From NCBI GenBank assembly GCA_963796275.1, contig CAWCKY010000004.1, forward strand, positions 928,001-992,000: a DNA stretch of 64,000 bases, read 5' to 3'. The DNA comes from an uncultured Acidobacteriota bacterium (lineage in GTDB: Bacteria > Acidobacteriota > Blastocatellia > RBC074). Of this stretch, positions 53,678-62,845 are shown piece by piece. Position 1 is the first letter of the stretch. The number at the start of each line of letters is the position of its first letter. Made by a program: the position numbers and the translations under genes. Under the pieces are notes generated by a model. It was not told the origin of the DNA and ran no database searches. It saw only the letters and a list, made by a program, of their open reading frames with translations.

Positions 53678-55561
53678 TTAACGCGGCTGAGCTGATGCGG
53701 GAGGAAGCAGACGGAAGCGTAAGACGCTGGGGCGCTGCTTATCGTGATAGACGGTTTGATGCGCCGCAACTGCGCGAACGGCGGACTTGATGGGTTCGCC
53801 CGTGTTCAGGTTGCGCGCATAAAAAGGAAACATATGACTATTGATCATCAAACCGAGACGATGCCCTTGCTTGACCTGGTGGGCGGTATCCCAGATCGCA
53901 ATGGTCGCCTTATACACTTGGTTCGGAACCAGGAGTGAAGGATTTTCCCAGCCGCTGATGTATCTGGCGCGAATCTTACCGGGAAGTCCGATCACCTTTA
54001 TGATCCCCTTTTCGTCGATGTCGACCAGCGATGCGAAAAAGTCGGTATCCTTCGCGCTTGTCGAAAAGTACAAATCCAGCTCGATCGGTCCGCCGAGTTC
54101 GTACTCCGCCGCCGCCGCATCTGTCTTGTAAATGAGTACGTCGTTTTCGTGAGGCTCGAATTTCACTTCGGTAGAACCCAATTCGAAGATATCCTTCATA
54201 TCTCTCAGTTCCTGCGGTATGACCGCAATAGCGGGATTATAGGTATACCGGTCCGGCTCCTGGTCGCGGGGGGCATCGGGTTTCAATTCGCCCAGGCTTG
54301 TTTTGCCGTTGGCTGGTCCGTCCGCGCTCAGGTAGAGGCTCATCTCTTTAGACTTCGGGTCTGGCCAATCTTCAAGCTCCATCCACCGGTTAGCTCCCGT
54401 TACAAAGACTCGAACCTTGGGTTGTTTATTCCAATAGACGTTCTTGCCCTTCAGCCAATGATCGAACCAGCGCAAATATATCGAATCGATCTCCATGATC
54501 GCGTCCGGTCCGTAGTCTACATCCTTCAATCTCGATGTGGCATTGAAGCGATGAGTCCAGGGACCGTAGATGAGCCATTGGTCTTTATGACCCAGCTCCC
54601 GCATCCTGCCCCAGTTGAGTTTCGTCCCGATGCCGTCAGAGTCCCACCACCCGCTGATATGCATGATGGGGATATTGATCTTTCCCATATCTGGCATGAA
54701 GCTCATACCGGCAAATGCGGAAGGCGTCTCATTCTCCAGCCATTGATCGTAATACGGTATGTCGACTCCCAATACCTCATCATCGGCCCGCGTCAGCGGA
54801 AGGGTCTGGAGTTTATCAAGGTTTGTTAGCAGTTGCGGGAAATCCGGCACTTTCCGGTCTCTGACATAATTGGCCCACCAGAGCGTGCTGTAGAGCATCG
54901 GGATGCCGTGATCGATCGGAAAATTGAAGAACAGGTCGGGCGGAGATACCTGCGGAACAATGCATTTGAGAGCCGGGTGTGCCTCGACTGCCGCAGCCCA
55001 CTGCACCCAACCTAGATAACTTCCGCCGATCATTCCGACATTACCGTCGGAGAAGGGCTGTTTGGCGATCCAATCGATGGTGTCGTAGCCGTCGCGCCGT
55101 TCATGAGAAAAGGGATTCCAATCGCCCTGGCTCTCATTGCGCCCGCGCACATCCTGTACGATATGGACATAACCGCGTTTCGCCCACCATTCGCCTTCCA
55201 GCTTCGATAACAGCTCTCTCCCGTATGGAGTGCGCTCGAGGATTGCCGGATACTTACCATCGCCGGCGGGGCGGACGATATCGGCTGTGAGAGCTACACC
55301 GTCGCGCATCTTCACCTTGACGCCCTTTTCGGATTTCGTCTTGAAGTCCGGGCGGCTCAATTCCGGGTAGAGCGTCGTCGGATCTGACAATAATTTTTCA
55401 AACCCAGATCCAATGGCGCGCGCGGCCGCGGCAGGCGCGGAGACAGGTCGCACATCTTTCGGCGCCCGGCTAGGAAACGGTGCCAGAGCGACGAATGCAG
55501 CGAGCGATAGGATAATGAAGAACGGGGCATTCGGGGCATTCGGGGCAAATATATTTCTCAT
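53678..55561 (-). CDS. CocE/NonD family serine hydrolase (S15), exported
   Basis: MRDGVAL.AD, RTPY, QDVRG, GGSYLG nucleophile, GWWD and GPWTH motifs; C-terminal jelly-roll domain. Confidence 0.92.
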   Translation of the reverse strand: MRNIFAPNAPNAPFFIILSLAAFVALAPFPSRAPKDVRPVSAPAAAARAIGSGFEKLLSDPTTLYPELSRPDFKTKSEKGVKVKMRDGVALTADIVRPAGDGKYPAILERTPYGRELLSKLEGEWWAKRGYVHIVQDVRGRNESQGDWNPFSHERRDGYDTIDWIAKQPFSDGNVGMIGGSYLGWVQWAAAVEAHPALKCIVPQVSPPDLFFNFPIDHGIPMLYSTLWWANYVRDRKVPDFPQLLTNLDKLQTLPLTRADDEVLGVDIPYYDQWLENETPSAFAGMSFMPDMGKINIPIMHISGWWDSDGIGTKLNWGRMRELGHKDQWLIYGPWTHRFNATSRLKDVDYGPDAIMEIDSIYLRWFDHWLKGKNVYWNKQPKVRVFVTGANRWMELEDWPDPKSKEMSLYLSADGPANGKTSLGELKPDAPRDQEPDRYTYNPAIAVIPQELRDMKDIFELGSTEVKFEPHENDVLIYKTDAAAAEYELGGPIELDLYFSTSAKDTDFFASLVDIDEKGIIKVIGLPGKIRARYISGWENPSLLVPNQVYKATIAIWDTAHQVKQGHRLGLMINSHMFPFYARNLNTGEPIKSAVRAVAAHQTVYHDKQRPSVLRFRLLPPASAQPR

Positions 55562-55659
55562 TTCTTCTCCATTTAAAACGATAGATAGTCCTGAAGCTTG
55601 TTATGAAACGATGAGACCGCGCAGGGAATTCCTCGCATAGAGCCCGCTCGGAGCTCGTC

Positions 55660-55920
55660 AGGAGTTCCCCTTTGGAGTTCGTTCAGAGTTCCGCCTTCAG
55701 GCGGTCAGTTCAACAGCCTAAGGGCGGAATGCGTTTGTGATATTACTGAATGGGTTGCGGTCCGCTGCCCCATTCTACGTCGTTTGGAGGTTTCAGTTCA
55801 GAGGAGACGTAAGTGACGGTTTGGGCGACGTCATGAAACAGTTCTCGCATGGAGTTCACGCTTGGAGTTCCGCCTTTTGGTGGTTTTACTCTGACCGCCA
55901 AGGCGGAACTCCAAACGGGA
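55660..55920. repeat. Cluster of REP-like elements (GGAGTTCCGCC family)
   Basis: gagttccgccttcaggcgg and ggagttccgcc...ggcggaactccaaac; same family as 20811-20924. Confidence 0.7.
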
Positions 55921-55942
55921 ATTTCAAATCACTCCCGCACCT

Positions 55943-56718
55943 TTACATCGCCAGTTTAAATACTGCGAAATAGGCGCCTTGCGGATCTTGAATGATCGAG
56001 AAGCGTCCCGTTTTAGGAATATCGGTCGGTGGAACGTGTACATTTCCGCCCAACTTTTTGGCTTTCTCACTGGTCGCGTCGCAATCTTCGACCATGAAAT
56101 AGATCATCCAGTGTGGCGGCACGCCTTCGAATTGCCCGCCTTCCATCGGCAACATTCCGCCGAGGGGCTGGCTCCCGTTCACCCATTCCGTATACGCCAT
56201 GAAATCGCTGTCTTTGGTCGACCAGCCGAATAGCTTGGTATAGAAGGCCTTCGCGCTCGCCGTGTCGCGCGTCATCAGTTCAACCCAGCAGGCAGATCCC
56301 TGCTCGTTGACCAGATCGGCGCCTAGATGCGTCTTCGGCTCCCAGACAAAAAGTATAGCGCCGGTCGGGTCTTTGAAGCCGGCCATGCGCCATGATCCAT
56401 TACATCGAATGCTGGAATGACCACTTCGCCGCCAAGCTCTGCGGCTTTCGCGGCCGTCTTCTCGGCGCTGTCTACCGCGACATACGCCATCCAATTCGGC
56501 GGCATACTGGGCTGCTGCGGCCCCGGTTGGTACAGTGCGCCGACCTCTTTGTCGCCGACGCGCAGCATCGTGTAAACGCCAGAATCACCCGGCAATACGT
56601 TGTCGACATGATTCCAACCGAAGAGCTTGGTGTAAAACTCCGTCGCGGCTTTTTGATCGCTTGTCGTCAGCTCGAACCAGCAGAAATTCCCGGCGGGATG
56701 TTTAAGTTGATTACCCAT
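55943..56718 (-). pseudogene. Two-domain VOC/glyoxalase family protein, -1 frameshift near 56388 as assembled
   Basis: GNFCWFELTTSD...FY.KLFGW in domain 1 and CWVELMTRD...DPQGAYF in domain 2; joined by restoring HGRMA. Confidence 0.8.
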
Positions 56719-56930
56719 ATTATTCCTCCCATTGAATCGCTGAAGTTTGGTTGATCAGGTCAGGCGCATTGATTCTGACGCAGAAAAGCGGAAGAGTGAA
56801 GCGGATTCGAAGCAAAGACGCAATGCGCATGGAATTTCTTTTCGCCTTTATCTCCCGGCAAATTTCCGGGCGAATTGCTCATTAAATTTCCTCGGAATAT
56901 CCGGAACCATGTTAACGCACACGAGTCGAA

Positions 56931-59900
56931 TTATCTCCATTCACCCTGAATGACGAACGACGCCCAGAAATATGGCGAGGACCAGCGTTTCTGCTTCATC
57001 ATTTCGAGTTGTGCCATGCGCAGGGCAGCCGCCGGTCGCCGGCCATTCTTCAGCATCTTATGATAGAAATGCGCCATCAAGTCGGCAGTAGCGTAGTCAT
57101 CGACGCGCCAGAGGCTCGCCACGACACGCTGTGCTCCGGCATACATAAACCCCCGCGTCAATCCGACCAGCCCTTCGCCTTTGATCTCCTTTCCGAGACC
57201 CGTCTGACAGGCGCTCAGTACGACGATCTCCGACGGCATCCGCAGGTTGTAGATATCGTGCAAGCGTAGAAATCCATCCTGCGACTTTCCGGTTTTGTCC
57301 AACAGAGACAAGACCAGCCCCGATAGTTCGGGATGCTCGCTATTGAGCAAACCATGGGTAGCGAAATGGATGATGCGATAGTCGGCCAGCTCGCCGCTCA
57401 TGACCATCGCCCGGCTGGCCTGGAAAGAGGTTGCTTTCAACAACGAATTGGCCGGCACCAGTTCAGCAATCGCCTTGGCCTCATCTATTGAAAACGGCAA
57501 GCGCCCGAAACTTCCCCTGTACGTGGCTCTAATCGATCTAATAAATTGGGAAGCATCCGAATTCTCGGTTGGCGATGACGAGATGGGGTCGGGAGCCGAG
57601 CGGATAATCACGGTTGGAGCTCGCTTTCCCGTTTTTCGCTTGATTATTGTGAGCAGACGCGGATCGTCGGCTTCGAAGACCGGATCAGCCAGGACCGCGA
57701 GCATTTTGCGGGCGGGGACGCGCCCGGCCGACTCGCGCCGAATCACCTCCAGGACCGATGCCGATGGCAAATTGACGATCTCGTGATCGGTGATTAGCGG
57801 TGTCAGGACTGAGTCGGGATGCCCAGACGCACTCGTGTGGAGGTCGGGAGCAGGAAGTGCACCGAAGGGGAGATACTGCAATGCCCCATCCGCCACAATC
57901 AACAATCGCTTCCCTTTCCATTCTCCGCAGAGCGAATCGGCGATCTGACCGAACAACATCTGGCTCAAATCTTGAGCGGCAGATCTATACTGCGCATCGG
58001 CCTCGGCGATCTGCTTGAGTTGCTCCGCCTCTGCTAATCCAGCCCTCGGCTCCCGTGCGGTCAACCGCTCATATACGGCGCGCGCGGCATTTTCGATCTC
58101 TGATCGTGACGGGAGCTGGCGGCTGACAATCGCTTGCGGCGTCACCACCCATAACCAGCTGCGCTCTTCGCCGAGCGCAAATTCCAGCAAGATCGTCTCT
58201 CGGTCTAGCAATTTCCGCTGTATTTCCACGACGGTTAGCGGTTCGGGACGAGTGAGTGCGGCGTAACGCGGATTGGAATCACGAATCTTCGCTTCTACAT
58301 CCCGGTACCGAGATGTCAATTCGGCGATCTCCCGGTCAAAGTCAGTCGCTGAGCCTTCCGGGTCAAGGTCGCTGAACGCGCGCGCCCGCGCCGCTGCCTT
58401 CGCGTTCAGCTGTTGGTGCAATGTGCGCGCGCTCTCGCGCAGTTGCGGGTCAATGCCCTCCCCCAAGTCGAGATTGATCTCGGCGAGTTGCTCGAGCAGT
58501 CCCCGGGCGCGCGCCCGTTCGCTGGCGCGGAGTGCCAATTCATCGTATCCCGCTGACGGTTTCCGCCGGTGCAACGACATGAGCAGGTCGATATAAATCT
58601 CAAAATCGTTCTGAGCGTAACCGAAGAATGATGCGCGCAGGTCCTGCCGCGAGACGCTGGATCGGATAGATTCCTTGATCTCGAGTGCCGCCTCGATCTG
58701 TGCGCGCGCTGCATCCAGATCGCCCATCGAGTAGTTGGTCCGTGCCAGGATATAGAGGGTCTGAGCTTCCGACTGGCGCACCCCCATTCCCCGGTACAGA
58801 TTCAAAGCCTGGTTAAGGTAATCCAGCGCCTTCTCCTTCTCCCCTCCCAGGTTAGAAAGATTGCCCAAAGCCTGCAGCGCACCGGCTATAGATCTGTTGT
58901 CCCCCACTCTTCGTGCCATCGTAAGCAACTGATTGTAATAATCGGCAGCCTTTTCACGATCGCCCAGCGCGAGATACACGCCGCCCAGTCCTCCCAACGC
59001 AACGCCCTCCTGATACAAATAACCGTGCTTGCGCGCGATCTCCAGGGCGCGCTCAAAGAACTCGAGCGCTTCCCTAATTTCACCCAGATCTTTGCGCGCC
59101 AATCCTAGAAGATTGAGCACACCGCACTGGTGCAATGTATTCCCAACAATCGTATAGGTCTGCAGAGCCTGGTTGAAATAACCGAGAGATAACCGCGGTT
59201 CGCCCAGCGCAAGATATACTCTTCCTATATTTTGAATCGCGCCTGTCTCTCGGAACCTGTCCGATAAACTCGCAAAAATTCTTCTTGCCTGGCTGAAACT
59301 ATCGAGAGCTTGCTGAGACTCTCCCCAACCGCGTTGTATGTGGCCAAGCGATATCATCAGATTCGCCGCCTGGCGAAGATCGCCCAGGTCCTGCGCAATC
59401 TGCCTTGCCTGGTTGTGGTAGATGTAGGTTGAATGGAGATTCTCCGAGTCTGCGGTATAACGCGCCAATACGTGTCAACAGCCTTAATTCACTCGGACGA
59501 TCTCCCAGTTCCCGCCAAGAAGCCAACGAGGTCTTATATTTTGCGATACCTCGCGACAATTCTTCCGGCGTCCATACCTTGTTAGCCAGAACATCCCCTT
59601 CCAATTCGGTTCTGACAGCATCAATGCGGAGTTTGTCATTGTGCGTGACCGGTCGCAGCGTCTCGATTTTGATTTCGTAAGTTAGCCGCGCGTAGATTTG
59701 GTCGAGCAGAGACGTTTCCAACCTGTAGTTCCCCGAAACCCGAGCGACGAACAAGAAGGTTGCGACCTGTCTCTCTTCGCCTCCGTTCATTACCTTTTGA
59801 GTCGAAGTGCTCAGAAGAGGCGTCTCCTCTTCGTGACAATTGGGATCCGGCGCGAACAATTTTGCCCGCAATTTGTCATGTTTGCAGGTCAGCGTCAGGC

Positions 59901-60120
59901 GCAGGTAATCGCCGGCAGAAAGATTTATATGCCAGAAGTGCATCTCTCCGCCTGCAATCTCGACTGATCTCGGAACGTCCGGTTCAAATATTTGTGGCTG
60001 TGCCCGCGCTTGATCCATTTGCATTGATATCGCGGCAGACGGCCAATGGCTGAGCGCAAACACCATCACCAGGAGCCAGGAATAGGGACGATGCGGATGT
60101 CCGGTCCGTGCGATCTTCAT
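56931..60120 (-). CDS. Exported TPR-CHAT (caspase-like) protease with N-terminal PPC-like domain, +1 frameshift near 59440 as assembled
   Basis: ORF 59299..60120 (signal peptide, PPC-like beta domain, first TPR) joins ORF 56931..59468 (TPRs, SERARAR, catalytic HFATHG and LSACQTG, SLW.V.D, PYFWASF). Confidence 0.88.
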
Positions 60121-60189
60121 TGATTTTTCCTCCGAAAAAAGTCCGGGGGCGCGAGTGCGGACCCGCTGGCTTACAGCCCGCCGGTTTTG

Positions 60190-61137
60190 TCACAACTTGG
60201 TGATTCTGAAAAAGTAGCTTGTTATTTCTTCCGACTCCCCAGCCGAGTCGAGGGCGGAAAGCTTCAGGATGTAATCGCCTGGCACCAATCTGCCGGAAGG
60301 AATGTCGACAGAGACCGCGTAGTCAGCATTTTCAAGCCGAGGTTTGAGAGTTGATCCCTTCCATATCTGCCGCCCCCCGACCTCGCGCACTGCGGCCTCA
60401 AAAGTGCGCGAATCTCCCCGCTCAACTCGCATTAACAAACGTACTACGCCGGAATCGCTAGGAATCGCCAAAGACTGCGGATTGTTGCCGCTGCGTATCA
60501 GTCTGGGCGAAAGCGTAAAAGAAAATATTCCCCGTAAGTTTCGAGCCGCCGGCTGCGTCAAATTATTATTTTCGCCGCGCAAGCGTTCAAGCGCCTCTCT
60601 CATCTCCTCGTTCTGATTGCGCGCAGCGGCGATCCGATCGGACAACTCCTCTTCACGGATCCTCTGACTTTCGCTATCGCCTGCGATTCGCGCCATTTCA
60701 CGGCGCAATCGCAAATCGTCGATGGAGAGCCATAGGCTTACGGCCAAAAGTAACAAAATAGCCGCTGCCGCAGCAATCGGCCACCGCGAAAATGGTGTGC
60801 CGTATTTTCCGAACAGATTCGCCCACTGAGAGACCTTCGGCTCCACCGCATACTCTTCCGTCATCGATCCGTCCGCCTTCTTAATCAGATCCTCGGCAAC
60901 CTTGACGCGCTGAAAATGGACCGGAGTGACCAGATAGTGGCGCTCGAATTTTTCTCGATCTGCGGGCGCCAGCCGGCCGCGGACATACCCGTCGACCAAG
61001 GTGTTCTCAATCTCCCACATCTGTTCGAACGATTCGTCCTCGGCGAAAAGTTGCTGTTCCAATGCGATCGCTTCCGTTTCCGGCAGATCACCGAGTAGAT
61101 AACGACGCATCTGATTTTCCAGTATTTCGGTCCTCAT
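60190..61137 (-). CDS. Putative transmembrane anti-sigma factor (N-terminal ASD-like, TM, coiled coil, C-terminal beta domain)
   Basis: RRYLLGDL.E.E...LE...LVDGYVRG.L...R..FE.HYL N-terminus; TM AAAAAILLLLAVSLWL; L.PGDY.L.L...Y.FRI C-terminus; lies between the sigma and CHAT genes. Confidence 0.7.
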   Translation of the reverse strand: MRTEILENQMRRYLLGDLPETEAIALEQQLFAEDESFEQMWEIENTLVDGYVRGRLAPADREKFERHYLVTPVHFQRVKVAEDLIKKADGSMTEEYAVEPKVSQWANLFGKYGTPFSRWPIAAAAAILLLLAVSLWLSIDDLRLRREMARIAGDSESQRIREEELSDRIAAARNQNEEMREALERLRGENNNLTQPAARNLRGIFSFTLSPRLIRSGNNPQSLAIPSDSGVVRLLMRVERGDSRTFEAAVREVGGRQIWKGSTLKPRLENADYAVSVDIPSGRLVPGDYILKLSALDSAGESEEITSYFFRITKL

Positions 61138-61224
61138 TTTCGGTCATGGCGAACGGCCGCCATCATTTAAGCAGCGTATTATCTATAACTGTCAAAATAA
61201 TCGAATCCATGTCGATCAAGTCGA

Positions 61225-61827
61225 TTATTTTTTTCCTACCGGCGATGGCGGTCCTCCGATGCACTGGGTGACACATTGTTCGAGTTTTTCTCTAATTCTC
61301 TGAGCGCGGTTACGGAGCGCATTTAGCGGTATTCCCAGACTATTAGCAAGGGCCTGGCGGTTGTTTATCTTGAGGCGTCGCTCATCCTGATAATATTGCA
61401 GAATCAATCGGTGGCTCTCGATCGGTAACTGGCTCAGGCATCGCTCGAAACAATTATGTTGGGCAGACTCTTCCGTTTGGGGAGACGATGTGGCGACTGA
61501 GCCCAGCTCGTCGAGGCTGACCTGACGGCTGCCGGCCTTTTTATGCGTTTCGACCAACACCAAGCGGGCGATGCCCCCACAATAAGTGGGAATATCGCGA
61601 ATCGCCTCACCCGATTCCAATTTACGGATGACGCGATCGATCGTCTCATCGGCGCACTCTTCGGGAAAATGTGCCCCGCGCCAGTCGAAGAATTTCACCA
61701 GCTTCCGGCGGATGACTTCATATTTTTCGCCGGCTACATCGACATCGCCATCGAGGCAAGCAAGCAGTCGTCCCAGCGCTTCTCCTGTCAACACCCATTC
61801 GGTCCGGGTGGTTCGGACATTATTCAT
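61225..61827 (-). CDS. Divergent ECF-like RNA polymerase sigma factor
   Basis: YEVIRRKLVKFF, EECADETIDRV (region 2-like), CLSQLP...LILQYY and LANSLGIPLNALRNRAQRIR (region 4 HTH). Confidence 0.8.
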   Translation of the reverse strand: MNNVRTTRTEWVLTGEALGRLLACLDGDVDVAGEKYEVIRRKLVKFFDWRGAHFPEECADETIDRVIRKLESGEAIRDIPTYCGGIARLVLVETHKKAGSRQVSLDELGSVATSSPQTEESAQHNCFERCLSQLPIESHRLILQYYQDERRLKINNRQALANSLGIPLNALRNRAQRIREKLEQCVTQCIGGPPSPVGKK

Positions 61828-62164
61828 GTCGTGTCGGCTAATCCTCCAACATTTAACCTGCGGGCAAAATAGTCGCCCTATTCCCTTCGGTCTCGCATCT
61901 TAACTTATTTCACTTTTGCCAGCATCGTATTTTGCCTGTCTTCCGAAAAAACTCTGCGACATGTTTTCTCCAACGTCACCAGTAGTGCATGGAGACGCAA
62001 CTGACACAACACGAATTGCGGATGGTACCGCCATCCGTCTATCGAAGGAGGTTGAAAGCCATGACCTCTATTACCGGGAGTCCCGGCGGGAGCGGCGCCG
62101 GAAATAGATGCGCCGCTCCGGAATGGTCAGCAGCGTCACCGACAAAATCAACTAGGAGGAATCT

Positions 62165-62842
62165 ATGCATAACATTGATCGTACGAACATGGAGTCGAAT
62201 TTTGACGAATACCAGAACGGCGAGTTCGGGTACGAGACCGCAGGCGATCAAGAATACGAAACTTACGGCGAGTACAACCAGGAACTTCCCTTCAACGAAG
62301 CCGAGGAGATGGAGTTGGCGGCCGAATTGCTGAGCGTTTCGAGCGAGGCGGAATTGGATCAATTTCTCGGAAACCTCATCAAGTCTGCGGGCCGGGCCGT
62401 CGGCGGCGCTATCAAATCTCCGGTCGGCAAGGCGTTGGGTGGGGCGTTGAAAGGAATCGCGAAACAAGCGTTGCCGGCGGTGGGAGGCGTCGTCGGAAAC
62501 GTTTTGTTGCCCGGCGTCGGCGGGGCCATCGGAGGGAAGCTCGCCTCGGCCGCCGGCAAAGCGTTCGGATTAGAGTTGGAAGGGTTGAGCTACGAAGACC
62601 AGGAGTTTGAACTGGCGAAAGGCGTGGTCCGTCTGGCCAGCGCGGCAGCCAGCAACGCCGCTCAGGCCGCGCCATCGACGCCGCCCCAGCGAGTGGCTCA
62701 AACCTCATTGACGGAAGCGGCAAAAACACACGCGCCGGGACTGCTGCGAGGAAACAAAGCCGGATCTGCGGACAAATGCCAGCACCAATCCAACGGCCGC
62801 TGGATCCGACGGGGAAATACGATCACTCTGGTGGGAGTCTGA
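62165..62842 (+). CDS. Hypothetical protein: acidic N-terminus, cationic glycine-zipper helices, C-terminal GRWIRRG motif
   Basis: Strong SD AGGAGG; 225 aa; EMELAAELL..SEAELDQFLG, GGxxG repeats, LELEGLS.EDQEFE. Confidence 0.8.
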   Translation: MHNIDRTNMESNFDEYQNGEFGYETAGDQEYETYGEYNQELPFNEAEEMELAAELLSVSSEAELDQFLGNLIKSAGRAVGGAIKSPVGKALGGALKGIAKQALPAVGGVVGNVLLPGVGGAIGGKLASAAGKAFGLELEGLSYEDQEFELAKGVVRLASAAASNAAQAAPSTPPQRVAQTSLTEAAKTHAPGLLRGNKAGSADKCQHQSNGRWIRRGNTITLVGV

Positions 62843-62845
62843 ACC

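Noticed and set aside
61955-61978. ECF-type promoter TGCGACA...CGTCA upstream of the glycine-zipper gene
   Set aside because: The spacing (12 nt) is shorter than in typical ECF promoters and there is no second matching copy to support it.
56931-62842. Type III-E CRISPR (Craspase) locus or a true gasdermin next to CHAT
   Set aside because: No Cas7-11, Csx30/31 or array is present, and the 225-aa protein is helical and Gly-rich rather than beta-rich like gasdermins; the link is analogy only.
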